DNA of 63,967 bases, the filler included, from Reticulomyxa filosa (Eukaryota; Protista; Foraminifera): NCBI GenBank assembly GCA_000512085.1. It is 18 parts of 18 records of this genome, joined end to end, with 100 filler letters (N's around TTAATTAATTAA, not from the genome) between each part and the next. Parts side by side here need not be neighbours in the genome. Positions count along the whole stretch, not along the records: positions 34,113 to 39,079 come from ASPP01009546.1; positions 39,180 to 41,034 come from ASPP01003660.1; positions 41,135 to 46,377 come from ASPP01004786.1; positions 46,478 to 47,692 come from ASPP01011427.1; positions 47,793 to 54,689 come from ASPP01024680.1; 13 more parts are not named here. One strand, written 5' to 3'. This document shows, in pieces, positions 36,993 through 50,035 of the stretch. How positions within the stretch are numbered: position 1 is the stretch's first letter; the number at the start of each line of letters is the position of its first letter. The translations under genes and the position numbers were made by a program. A model generated the notes under the pieces. It worked only from the letters and a program-made list of their open reading frames with translations. It was not told where the DNA came from and ran no database searches.

Positions 36993-39079
36993 TCACTCGC
37001 TGTCGCTATCTAACAGTGAATTGACATCCACACTTTCTTCAGCACCATGCGAAACTCCGATCTCCCCGCCGTTGATTTGTCTGTCATTGTCCAAAGGTAA
37101 AATACAAAACTTAAATTTGGCAATGACGTGCGAAGGAGAACTGGCGACAGGAACTTGGTGTTGTATGGATGGATCGACATGAATATCTAATTTCGTGTCA
37201 ACATAAATCATATCCCGATGTTCCAATTGTTTTTTCAGTTCTTGGTGGTATTCCATTGCCAATACACTGTTTCGAGGAGTTGGCAGTTTGTGTTCTAATT
37301 GTCTTTGCATTTGAATCTGCTCTTCAAACAATTGCTCCAAATCTAAAAGAGTCTTGCCAATTAGTTTGTCGGGTCGGCCGTGTCCTTTGTCCCAAAATTT
37401 GATTGTTAACTTGTGTCGGAAGAACTACGTCAAATTTTCCATTGCATCAAATCACAAGCGTTATGTTGCGATTATTCAAACATTGCATTACAATAAATAT
37501 ACACATGCACACATGCGCATACATATATACGTACACACGTACACATGTAAACCCCCCCCCTCTCCCGTACAATAGACAAACTAAACGCTATTGATTTGAG
37601 ACAAAGTTTGTTGCGGTAGTGTCACAGCAACGTATTCGTTCCAAATGGGATTGTCGTCTTCATCCAAATTCTTCGTTTCAGTCGACCTCGCCAAAGGCTC
37701 GTCTTTCCCATCTCCATAATGCAATGTCACGTACCAAGACGTTTGGAGTTGGTAATAAAAGTCGTGGGTGGGCAAATTTGTTGCTTTGAACAAGTACACC
37801 ACTAATACGCATGGGGGTATTATGAACGTAGTGTCTTGAATATTTTCCATCAGCTTGTGTTCGTTGTCCTTGTTATCTTGTTGTTCCGTCGCATTGTTGT
37901 ATGCCTGATTTGCCATCATCGAAGTGGATATGTTTGCTAAGCCGTCGAACCGCGCTAACCATTGGTGTCGATTCAACGCATTGCGCACTTCTTCATCATC
38001 TTCAAACCTTGGCATATAACATATACATATGGACCGCTTTTATTGTTTGTTATTTTTTTTTTTTTTTGTTGGAGGGTGCACACATACCACATACGCACAC
38101 ACACACATACATCCAAAGCATCACTCGCTCCTTTTTTTTTAACTTGGAAAAAACTTTGATGATACTTTTATGGAACGCACTTCTTTGCTTGAACAACATA
38201 AGTGTGTATATGACGTCGCGCAGCAAACCCAAATTGAAGACATAAAAACGGCCACTTTGAATTCCTTCATGCGATTCCCCTTCTTCTCCTTCACGAATAA
38301 ACTCCTCTTCTTCCAGTACTTCAATGGAATACTTAAATTCTTCCTCAAATGTCTCACTGTCATTCAACGGATGACAAGCACGCAAACTATCCAGCGCAAA
38401 TGCAATGGATAAAAATTCTTGTCCGACACAAAGTGTTGCTGCAACCTTTTTTTTTTTTAACGTATATTATTATACGTCGTTTTGTATTTTGCTTCAATCA
38501 AAAAAAAAACTATAATAATAAAAGTTGTCTTCATTTTGCATAACTTTAACAGTAATAAGAATAAACTGTGAATTTTCATATGGAACCAGAGCATCCACCA
38601 TTTTGGTAACATAACTTTGAATGGGCTGCGGAATTGGAAAAAATATGTCGGTATCTTTAACTCCCAAACAAATGTCACCCAATCGCTCGATGGTTGGACA
38701 ATCCAATTGCCCTCCGTTTTTGACAAACACCAGACTACGATCTCGTACCAACGCCTTTGCCAATCCAGGCACTCCACCGGTTTTATTGTAAATGAATTTC
38801 ACAAGCAATGGCGAGCATGTCTGGATATCAAACTCTTTTTTCAAAAACTCTTCTGTTTGCTTTTTATCCCAAGGCTGCAGTCGAACCACATGTGGACGCA
38901 CTCCGTCGTAGTCATCCTTTAGGTCATGATACAGCCCCGCTGCGTCCATATGTGAGAAGCGATTGCTGTATGATATTGTATCTTGAGGCCAGCCTGCCAA
39001 CAATAGCTTGATGTTCGAAATCTCACCTCCATGAATCTTTTTTTGTTTGTTTTTATTTTTGACTTGTGTTCTGACATAA
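36993..39079 (-). CDS. Soluble adenylyl cyclase (ADCY10)-like STAND NTPase C-terminal region fused to a C2 domain; 5' truncated
   Basis: 'VVRLQPW..LVKFIYNKTGGVP..IPQPIQSYVTKMVDAL' and 'YVFNLGLLRDVIYTLMLFKQRSAFHKSI' are the STAND helical/winged-helix motifs typical of sAC-like proteins. They are followed by C2 motifs 'LVVYLFKATNLP..YVTL..NPIWNE' and 'LTIKFWDKGHGRPDKLIGKTLLDL'. Confidence 0.75.
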
Positions 39080-39179
39080 NNNNNNNNNNNNNNNNNNNNN
39101 NNNNNNNNNNNNNNNNNNNNNNNTTAATTAATTAANNNNNNNNNNNNNNNNNNNNNNNNNNNNNNNNNNNNNNNNNNNN

Positions 39180-39219
<40 letters not shown>

Positions 39220-41034
39220 AATGAAACAAAACGTTTGACAATAAATGTCCACCAAATAAACAATGAGCCGAGACAAAGGCAAGAATAAAGACAGTCGATC
39301 TCTGTCAACTCGAAACAATTCCATTTGCAATACTTGTTCTCCCTCATATGTCTTTAGTGCCACAAGTGGCTCTTCTTTTTTATCTGCTCTAACTACAATT
39401 GACTGCAACTGCAATGATTCTTGTGCTGTGTCTTGTTCTTGACTCTGAAGTACGTCCATGGCCATTAACTCGTCTCCGTCCATATCGTCGTCATCATCGT
39501 CGTCGTCGTCGTCGTCGTCATTGTCGCTATAAACGTAAATATCCTCGCCATACGTATCGTCGGTACGTAGGTCTTCGACTTGCACAGTGGCGGAGGTAGG
39601 CCTTGCACTTGACAGAGTCATTCGTGGCTCGATTTGCAAAGCTTTCCACGGTTTCCAGTCGATCATTACAAAAGCCTCTGCAATAACGTCGAGAAGGACT
39701 TTCCAAATGTGCTCTTTCAGCTGTGGTAGTGTACTAGACGAGGACAACAGACTGTGCGTCGACTCCACCAACATGCCACTTACCGACATGACCAGCACGT
39801 CTAGCAGTACGGCTTCTGTCGGGTTGTCGTTTCCGCAACTTTCAAAGTTCCCCACTTCGCGATGCATTTCACACACGTTTTGAAGCAAGCATAGCACTTG
39901 ACACCATTTCTTTACCACGCTCGGTCGGTACGAATACAGAAAACGAGTCTTTTAAATTTTTTTTTTTGCAAAAAAAAAAAAAAAAAAAAAAAATTTAGAG
40001 GCAGAAGAGAAAAAGTGGAAATGGATTACAAACCACTAATGTGCTTTTGAGCATGTGAGTCAGCACCGAGGAAATGTCGTAAGCAATCAGATCGACATCG
40101 TCGTTACAGATGGCCTTTTGAGTCTTGTCCGAAAACTCAAAGTGATTTTGATTGGTTGGAGGTTCTTTCGTGTACATGAAAGTGGAGCCACACAACACGT
40201 GCATTAAAGCGTTCATTGCAATGCCTAAAAAGTCGTGTGTCCGCGTCACGTCACAATTTATTCTTTCCACAGCGAGCACTTGTAACGAGTACTCAAAAAA
40301 ATGGGGCATTTCCTCCACTGTCTTCGTATTCGAAAGGAGCTTTTGATACACAAATGTAAGTACATGACATACACGAGTTTTCAACACTGGAAATTGTAGC
40401 AGCCCATACCACATTGCATCTAATCCTTCCCGATATCGTCTTTTTTAAATTATATATATATATATACATATATATGTATATATCCTTATACTCCAAAGCA
40501 TAAAAAAAAAGAGGGACTCTCCTTTTTTTTTTTTTTCCCTCCTCCCCTCCTTCATAACTCGCTCATTGCAAAGTCATTAAGGATAAAGTACCAAAGTGGA
40601 GTCTTGGTTTCATGAACAAATCCTTGGGTTTTGTATCGATTGTGATAATCTGTCTCGATGTGCTCTCCCAAAGGGCTATGACTTGGTGCTTCGGTCCAAT
40701 CTTTGCCATCATCGATCCATCCCGGGATCTCTATTTTCAACGTCGTGATGTCATAAAAAGAATCCTCCCAGTTTGCCAAGCAATCCACATCTTGCATTGC
40801 ACATTGCGCAAGGACGCGGCCTAACACCTCACTCTTTGTCCATGCGCCTACACACTTGATCATTTCAATGATCAGTTCATTCGATAGCACACGAACGTAT
40901 CCATCTGTTGTTTTAATGCTGGCTATAGAAGTTAGATTCCCATTTGCCTCCCAAACCTTTTTTTGTTTGTTTGTTTTTTTTTTTTGTTTTTTTTTTTTTT
41001 CAAATTGTTGTTTTATAAAATGTGCATATGTTTA
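39180..41034 (-). CDS. Internal fragment of a large multi-exon protein (weak RNF213-like resemblance)
   Basis: Three minus-strand exons (about 40950-40552, 40440-40030 and 39950-39230) are flanked by poly-T introns. The family assignment is tentative. Confidence 0.55.
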
Positions 41035-42416
41035 NNNNNNNNNNNNNNNNNNNNNNNNNNNNNNNNNNNNNNNNNNNNTTAATTAATTAANNNNNNNNNN
41101 NNNNNNNNNNNNNNNNNNNNNNNNNNNNNNNNNNCATGTCCATTTTTATTCAGTCTTGATTGCAGAGGTTAATTCATATCGAACTAATCTTTCGCCTTTT
41201 ACTAAAGGTTACCGTGGATTGGCCTCCTCGAATGCGATCTTAGTCTTTTTGTAAAAAAAGCAATTTATTAAGGGAGAAATTTTCCTTTGGCCTGAAAACC
41301 GATGGAAGTTTCTCCTCCCAACTTATTCTTTTTTTTTACGTTTTTGAAATTATGCTTACCATGTCACTGACTTACAATCTTCATCTGTTCAATTGAAAAT
41401 TCTAACAATTAAAATGACTAAGTTTTTATGCTGTTTTTTATGATTTTATAATTTCCTTTAAATCTAATTGTAATTATAATGTGTTTTAGTTCGGTTATAC
41501 TTTACAGCAATACAAACATAAAATTGGATCTTTGTTCATTTAATAAATAAAAAATGCATTTTCTGTTTAATTGGAGCGTCAAAATATTTGAAGCAAGAGC
41601 CATCACGATTATTTCGAATGAAGTTGCGTTTGCATTTTGGTTCTCGTTGCAGCTATTTGTATCTTACCACAACTTTCACCACTTAGATGTTTTGTTTGAT
41701 ATCTTTGGTACCGCTGTAAGTTTATCTTATTTGTTTTGCTAGTGTTATATAAATTTGGAGACCTTTGTTCATCGTTATTATTTTTGTTGTCACTGGTTTG
41801 CCAGTACCAATGATAAATTGAATCTTTTTCTTGTTTAAATCAAACATTTGTGAGTGTACTGCCACTTTCTGACTAGCACAAAGTGTAATACGAAAATATT
41901 TCTCTAAGCGATTTTTCAATAAGAAAATAAATGGTTGATTCAAGAGAGAATATAAAAGTCGAAAAAATAACAAGAAGCAAGACGATAGAAAGTTGGAGTG
42001 AGTAAGTTTGACATAAAAGAGGTTCCAGAGTTCCTATAACCAGTAGGCCTTGCCCTACAAATTCTGCGTTTATAACGCGTTTGAACAAGCAACCACAACA
42101 ATCAAATTTTACATCGTCTCTATTGTTACTTAGCTTCAAAATGCTCAAACAAACTAAGATATATCTCCTCTCAATCTATGCGAACTAATGTAGGAATCTA
42201 AATTAAATATGCAATAATAAAATTTGAAAAAGCAAAAAATTTATTATCAGATGTAATATAAATCGTATATTTCGCGCTAATAGTATTGACTTGTTTGAAA
42301 CGTCCGCAAGTCCTTATCAAAGATCGTTCACCAACTTTGTTAGTCTTAGGGGGAAAAAAGCTTGTGAACGTCTCTTCTCGATTATCTTAAAAAAAAGGAC
42401 TATCTTAACAAAAAAA

Positions 42417-43569
42417 ATGTGTCAAGATTTTATGGGAGGTGATTGTCGATGGAAGAACAATCTGTTCATCGCTTGCTTCACTTTAAGCACATTACTAGTT
42501 ATCCCCACAATGATATTGTTTTTTCACTCGACAAAGAACCTTATCATGTTACGTAAACGACATGATTTTGCCCCTGGCATCGCCTGTTTATCATATGTCA
42601 CAATATTGACTTTTGTGATAGATATATTGTGTTTATATTCAACGTATACAATATGTCTATACGACGAGTGTGTTGGGTTACTATCCAACATCGTGTTGGC
42701 ATACACTCTCAGCCTATATTTGCTAGGGAAAATACTGTTGTATTTGTTGTTAATTTATCGACTCCATCATACATACGAGCGAACAGTGTACACCATTAGT
42801 AATCACACATTTGCTGCATTATTCGTATGCATCGTGTTGGCAGTGATTGCATTTATCGGTTTTAATATCAACATGTTTTCGTCCCAAACCAAGCCCGATA
42901 TCCTTAAAGGAAATGCTCCAAATGTTATTTTTTTCTGTTTGTACCTCCTTGTGGATCTGGGCATCTCCCTTATTACAATGTATTTATTTCTCAAAAGATT
43001 ATTCAAAGTACTTTAAAAAAAAAAACATCATCTTTTTTTTTTAATTTTAAAAAAAAGGGAAGAAAAAAAGTGTTGAATTTAATCATTAATTTTTCTATAT
43101 AAAGCTAACAGTGAACAGTGGAGACTTGGCTATTTACGAAAGCGGAAATACGTATAACTCTGACATTGAAAGACCAAAAGATATGCGTCGACAGCCATTG
43201 ATGAGTGCTTCGAATGAGGAGTCAACGACGGCAAACTCTCTGAATGTTCGACAAATAAGTCTGTTGCATGTTATGACGAGATACACGATTTTGTGTATTG
43301 TTGCCATGGTATCGAGTATCACCGTTGTTGCACTACTGTTGGTTCGCTTTTCATTGGGCTGGGTGCAAGGCAAGTCCAAAACAAGTATTCAATACTTCAA
43401 TGTGATGACCATCATTCAAATGGTTGATGGTATTATTAATTGCGCCACCGTTTACATGACGTTCAAATTTAATGAACCTTACTACCATTTCTTTTGTCGA
43501 CGTTGTCATAACTTTTGTATAAGTAAATATCTAAATGTTATTTCCACTGATATTAAGGGTTCTTCCTGA
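42417..43569 (+). CDS. 7TM GPCR-like membrane protein (two exons)
   Basis: Five hydrophobic helices lie in exon 1 (including 'YLLLIYRLHHTY') and two in exon 2, ending 'DGIINCATVYMTFKFNEPYYHFFCRRCHNFC'. There is a long third intracellular loop. Confidence 0.75.
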
Positions 43570-44235
43570 TTTTTGTGATACAAAAAAAAACGTATAAATT
43601 AATTTCACCCTTTTGCAATGATTATGCCCATATCTGTGTTTGCACGCTCGTCAGTTGAGTGCCAATGGATCTTTTTTTTTGGCCTATCTTCATTTTGTTA
43701 CTTTGAAATCGAGCCTTTTTTTCAATGTCATAAACGTATATACTTTAGTTTGTGAAGGCTGATATTTGAATTTTAAACTTGCTAAATATATCTTTCGCAT
43801 CGAACTTTGTTTTTATTTTTTCCGTATGAGTAAAATTTAGAAAAGTTGAAAAACCGAAATTACTCAAATAAGTGAAATACAAGACAAAAAGAATAAGCAT
43901 ATTAATTGAAGAAATGATTGGTTAAGTAAAAGTGTTCCAAAAATTAAAAAGCTACTTCTCGGTGAGGTTTGATTACAGAGAAGCGGTTTTACAGCATCTT
44001 TCAAGAACTCAGCAGGACAGTATTTGCAATTGAATTATTGAAGAAAACATAAACATTTGTGTTTGTTTTTTGTGACGTACAAATTTCAAAGTTTCAATTT
44101 GTTGGCCGTGGATTATCGAATTCTTTTTGTTCACAGCGATTTTTTCAGCACGCTTCAATTTGAATAAAATGAAAACAAATTGAACTCACAAACCTATATT
44201 TTTTTTAGGTTCATTATCGCAAATATAAAAATAAA

Positions 44236-44880
44236 ATGAGTGCCCAGTCTGCTTCAGTGTGTATTTTTTTGTCTTTGTTATGTGTCTCTTCTTGCCTGAC
44301 ACAAAACCTTTGCTACAATAAAAAACGTGTCAAAAAAGAAAGAGAAGTACCGCAACACCCCGGAAGAAGATCAAAAATTGAAGGAGTTTACGTGGGAGGA
44401 AATTAAGTCCCAAAATGAAAATGGCCGGTTGTGGATAGTCCTGTTCGGTAGAGTGTATGATATCACCGACTTCAAAATTGATCACCCTGGAGGACCTGAT
44501 GTACTCTCAAGAAAAAAAACTGGATCAAATGGAGAAGTCACTTACAACTTAGGTATTCTGTTTTTTCCTGAAAAAAAGAGGACAAGAAATAAGAAACATG
44601 TTCACTTGCTATTGACGGTGTCACGATACAAACAGATGCAACAGAAGACTTTGAAAACGTCTTCCATACGAAACAAGCACGCTCAAAAGCCAAAGGGTTT
44701 TTGATTGGCAAAGTTAAAGGTGCAAAGTTAGGAGACTTGTTTGAGGCAATAGATAAAAATGAGTCCTCATCTGCCCCAACCACTTCCGAAACCGGTGCTT
44801 CTACTTTGAACACTTTGGTTACGTTGGGTTTCTTAGGTTTGGCTGCTGTTCTGGCTTATCAGTTTTATATAAAGAATTAA
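44236..44880 (+). CDS. Cytochrome b5 (tail-anchored)
   Basis: 'FTWEEI..LWIVLFGRVYDITDFKIDHPGG', 'DATEDFENVFHTKQARSKAKGFLIGKV' and a C-terminal TM segment 'LVTLGFLGLAAVLAYQFYIKN*'. Exact intron boundaries are not resolved. Confidence 0.92.
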
Positions 44881-46477
44881 CAATTTTTTTGTCAGTTTGA
44901 TTATTAATTAAAAGGAACCATAGGTGTATTTTTTATTGGTTTTTTCCTAATAATTTTTTCTTCTCTTCTGGGTGGAGAGATGTACTCATTGGTGCCAAAA
45001 GTTCCTACAACTTTTTTTTACGTGCAAAATTTAGAACTTTGGCGCCCTTTATTTTCTTTTTCGTATCCGAAATCTTTTGCTAATGTCATATGAAAAAAGT
45101 CTGAGTTTAAAATCAGGCCTTTTTATTAGATTTTAATCTTTTCTTATTACAATAGTTCCAAAGAATATTCTTTTTCTAAAGGTGTCAACCCTTTTTTTAT
45201 CATTCTTTGTTGACGTCATCACTTTAATTCGAATAGATTTCCCACTGTAAAAAATGGATACACACTTTGTTTTGATAATCAACACATGTATTTTCTATTA
45301 TCCAAAGACAAACGTAGTAATACAGCATAGTTATTCTATTAATCAAAAGTTTTTTCAGACAAATGCCAACAGTAACCGGACATATCGTGTTTGATGTCCG
45401 ACAGTTGACAAAGTGAAATGTAACTTTATGATTTTTGATTACTTTATACGATATTTGCCTTCTCAAAGAATGTAATCTAAAGCAAATAGTTCAGGTAGTT
45501 GCTTTGGTTTTGCAATGTTTGCAAAGATTATGATATTTACAATTTATTATCATCTTCAAATGATATTCACTGCGAGAATCTTTACTGTTTCAAATGTTAT
45601 TTTTCTTTTTTAAACTCAATGACAAACATTTATGAAAAAGCAAAACTTCAAAGCAATAAGACAGCTGTTTGTCTAACTGAACGCATTTAACGTGCACCTA
45701 CCACCAACTTACAAATCACATCATTCATACTAAACCCACATCACTCATACCAACCCACACATTTTTAAAAAAAAGGAAAAAAAAAAAGATTTATTTGAGA
45801 GACCCCTTTGCTGTAAGCGCAATAATCATTATTTAAACAACAGTTAGAATATTTTTTGTTTATATTTGAAAAGCAAACAAATTTGAAATACAAGATTTAC
45901 TCTAGTATTAAATTTGATTAGGTAAATACTTCAATTGGGAATTTATTTTTCAACAATGTAAAACATAAATTGAACTCTTTTCCATAACACCAGGATCATT
46001 TATCCTTTTGAAAAATTCATCGTAAATTAAATAAAAAAGTGTCATAAAACCGAACAAGTGTTAAGGTTAAAAGGGTGCAAATAGTTGACTTCTCTGTCAT
46101 ACATTTTCGCTGATCAAAAATAAAGTCTGTGATATTATCTTTTTTACGCATGTAGTCTTTTTTCCATTATTATTAAAAAATTAATAAAAGTCATTTGGAC
46201 AACGGTATTCAAAAAAAGTTTATTATCTTGACGTTAGATTAATTGAATTCGTTATATATTAACTATGCAAAGCAAAAGACTTTGTAAAATTTTGTTCTTA
46301 AGATACTGCTTCTATTTTTTTTGTGTTATCAAATGTGGCAAATGAATCTCTTTGTAGTGCAATGCCCTACTAATTACNNNNNNNNNNNNNNNNNNNNNNN
46401 NNNNNNNNNNNNNNNNNNNNNTTAATTAATTAANNNNNNNNNNNNNNNNNNNNNNNNNNNNNNNNNNNNNNNNNNNN

Positions 46478-47228
46478 CCGGCTTGCCGGGCGCCGGGTGC
46501 GCGCCTTTGCCGATCCGATCGGCATCGATGCCCAGGGCTTCGCTCAGGACGCCGTGCGGGCCGAGGGCGACAAGGCGGTGCAGCGGGTTGCCGAAAGCCT
46601 GTCGAATCGCGCGCTCGCCATCGGCGTCGACCGGCTGGATTATTCCAAAGGCCTGCCGCACCGCTTCGAGGCCTTCGGCCGTCTCATCGAGAAGCATCCC
46701 GAGCACAAGCGCAAGATCCACTTCCTGCAGATCTGTCCGCGCTCGCGCGAGGAGGTCGATGAATATCGCCGGCTGCGCACAGAGCTTGACCGGCTGGCGG
46801 GGCGCATCAACGGCCGCTTCTCGGAATTCGACTGGACGCCGCTGCGCTATTCCACCCGCGCCGCGCCGCGCGCGACCCTCGCGGGTCTCTATCGCCTCGG
46901 CCGCATTGGCGTGGTGACGCCGCTGCGCGACGGCATGAACCTGGTCGCCAAGGAATTCGTGGCCGCGCAATCTGATGAGGATCCCGGCGTCCTGGTCCTG
47001 TCGCAGTTTGCCGGCGCCGCCCAGGACCTCACCGAGGCGCTGATCGTCAACCCGTTCGATCCCGATGCCATTGCCGATGCCATGCACGTGGCGCTGACGA
47101 TGCCGCTGTCGGAACGCCAGGAGCGACACAACGTGCTGAAGGACAAGGTGATGCGCACGACGGCCGAGGCCTATTGCCGGCGCTTCATCGAGGCCCTGGA
47201 AGCGCCGATGGTCGCGCGCGCGGCTTAG
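46478..47228 (+). CDS. otsA: Bacterial trehalose-6-phosphate synthase, 5' truncated
   Basis: 'PIGID', '[12 protein letters not shown]', '[17 protein letters not shown]', '[32 protein letters not shown]'. GC-rich and intronless. Confidence 0.96.
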
Positions 47229-47232
47229 GTTT

Positions 47233-47692
47233 CTAGGAAACCAGGCCGAACACCGCCGGATAGACGACGAGCCCGTCCTCGCCATCGAGGGCGCCAGGCA
47301 CCAGTTCCAGCGCCATGAAGGACTCGCCCTCGAAGGGGCTGTCGAGGCCGCTTGCGAGTTCGGCCGAGAAGCCGAAGCGCGGATAGTATTCGGGGGTGGC
47401 CGAGGACCACGACGGCCTGCCATTCGCGACGGCGCGCCAGTTCGAGCCCGCTCTCGACGAGGGCGGTGCCGATGCCCGATTTCTGGTGCCCGGGATGGAC
47501 GCACATCGGCGCCAGCGACAGGGTCGGCACGGCGTCGTCGTCGACCATCGTCGTCAGCGCGCTGAACAGGATGTGTCCGACGATGACATCGTCCTCGACC
47601 GCGACCAGTTCGACCGCATCGATGAAGGCCTCGCGCAGCTCGTCGATCAGCTTGCCCTCGAACGGACCGCCGAAAGCCAGGTCGTTCAGGCG
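47233..47692 (-). CDS. Bacterial GNAT N-acetyltransferase (YhbS-like), 5' truncated, with a homopolymer frameshift
   Basis: 'IVGHILFS..LSLAPMCVHPGHQKSGIGTALV..VVVLGHP|EYYPRFGFS..FMALEL..VVYPAVFG*'. One extra base in the G5 run at 47392-47396 breaks the LGHPEYYPRFGF motif. Confidence 0.92.
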
Positions 47693-50035
47693 NNNNNNNN
47701 NNNNNNNNNNNNNNNNNNNNNNNNNNNNNNNNNNNNTTAATTAATTAANNNNNNNNNNNNNNNNNNNNNNNNNNNNNNNNNNNNNNNNNNNNATTTGAAC
47801 AATTTCGAGTTTTTCAGGACAAATTTCAATCTAAATCGATTAATTTTAATGTTTTTCTTTAATTACTTTTGTGTGAACCTTTCTGGTCGTTATAAGATTT
47901 TGTGATGTTCTTTCTTTTGCTTTTGTTTTCCTTTTGAGTACTGTGTTCTATTTTTTAGAACGGGGTGCTCTTTTAACCCGAAAGACCTGGGTTTGTACAG
48001 GTAGAGAGGGCAAAAAAGAGTATAAAGAGATAGTCCGATACTTGACACGTCCACTGCAACTATCTAAAAAAAATAACATAAAAAATATAGAAACAAAAGA
48101 ACAATATCAAAATGTTGTTGATGAGAAACAACAGCAAGAGATAACATACAAAAATGAAATTTTGGACCCAAATACAGCAATAAAATTGGATAGATTAACA
48201 TTCCAAGATCATTGAGTAAATAAGACCGTATGTATACCAATGATGCAATTGGAACTGCAGTATTAAAGATATTCGAAAACTGCTTCATTCAAGCGATATT
48301 AGGATATAAACTACCACAAGAACATTGAAGATACTTATTTTTGTTTTTTGTAATATTGTTTGTTGTTTACTTTTGTATTACAGTGTGTATTTAGTACTAC
48401 TCATTTTTGGGTGATGTGCTTGTTCACATTGTTTTTCTTTATGAATTCAACAGCAACATTCTATCTCCAGTAGAAAAAAAATTGAAGGTTGTTTTAGTCC
48501 TGTAATTTGATGAATATTTACTTATTCCCTGTCAGTTCCACAGAGGACAATCAATGGCATTCACAGTGTGATAATCACAAAAAGCTTGAATCATTTTACG
48601 ATAAGTTTTTCTTCACAAACAATTTAAATCAGAATTATTGCTGCAAAGTAAGCCAAAATGTTATTTGTTGATTACTTTTATGACACATTGTATTATTTAG
48701 TACTGTGTTCAAGTGTGAACGAATTGCTTGTATGACATCCTTTCCATGCTAAAAAAAAATTTTTGTATTGCTTACTAGTAGATGTCGCAAATCATAATAT
48801 TACGATCTAAATCTTTTTTATTGTTGTTATTGGTCATTTAAGATTGCATTATTCATGTATTTTTCATTTTTTTTTATGTTCTATTTCTTAAAATAATGCT
48901 CTTTTAACTTGCTGATACAAATATTAACGCAAGTTAAACATGAAGAACTTTATCGCTGTCTATTTTTTATATGCTTCCTTTCAAATATATTTCTTGTTCT
49001 GCTTTTCGTTTATACGTTCTTGAATTTGTTTGATTCTAGATTGTTGTTCTTTAATTCGTTGATTTTTCTCTTTAAGTAAAATGTTTTAAATTTTTTCGAA
49101 TTACTTCTTCCGCTAGTCCTTGAAAAGCACAACGACTATACTGTGTACAAAAAAACAAGTATTGTGAAAACAATTTTGCGCAACTAAATTTTGCTTATTT
49201 TGTATTTACTAAAATTTATTTAATTTAATCATTTTTTTGCCATTTTCTTGGCTTTCCTTTAATCTAAAAATTTTGCTTTGTTTTATTTTTTCTGATTCAT
49301 GTGATTAATGTGTTATCCTTAACGAAAAAAAATAAGGCAATATATTACAATACAAAGAGAAAATAGTTTGTTAAAAGTTAAATAGAATTAGTTAAATTGT
49401 TATCTAATCCAGCGCATGATCGCGAATGATGTGAATGTTGTACAAGTTAAAAAAATGTTGATATTTAGTTGATTTATTGACAGTTCGTATGTTTGTCAAC
49501 ACACATAATACATTCTTTATATGTTGAATATTGTTTTTGTCAAAAAGGGGCCTGGTTCCATTTTTTTTATTTTCTTATCTTTCATGTTGTTATTTTTTTG
49601 ATAAATTGTAAATTACATCTGCCATTTGATCAAGTATTTGATAGTATATGATCATCACGTAGCAATTAGTTTTTTTTTTTTTTGTCCAAAAGAATAAACG
49701 TATAATTTGTTATGAAAGTAATGCTTTGTTATCTTTCAAATAGGTTCTGAATGTTACAATATTATTCGTTGCTAAAAAATGTTCAAGTGATTAATGAATT
49801 TAATAAAAATAATTTATTGTCGATGATAAATCGTTAACAACATTCTTTTTTCCTTTACAATGGCAAAAAGAAAGCAAATCCAAAGCTTATCAAAAAATTG
49901 GTGACAGTGAGCAAAAAAATGAGATTTGCTCCCCAATAATTACTGTCCATTAACCAAATATTATGGAGTTCACGATACATATCAGTCCAAGGTAAATGAT
50001 TTGTGTTCAAATTCTGTGTATGTTATTTGAGTGTA

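Noticed and set aside
48-39079. Apparent defence island (Piwi, AIG1 GTPase, RNF213-like, STAND)
   Set aside because: The genes are on different contigs joined artificially, so their proximity carries no information.
46422-47504. Arg-rich 360-aa minus-strand ORF and other overlapping ORFs
   Set aside because: They are shadow ORFs of high-GC otsA/GNAT, and this one runs into Ns.
46478-47692. Horizontal transfer of otsA into the host
   Set aside because: The contig is entirely bacterial in composition with no junction to host sequence, so contamination or an associated bacterium is more parsimonious.
48040-48330. Possible reverse-transcriptase relic ('EILDPNTAIKLDR')
   Set aside because: Too short and degenerate to support, with no catalytic motifs visible.
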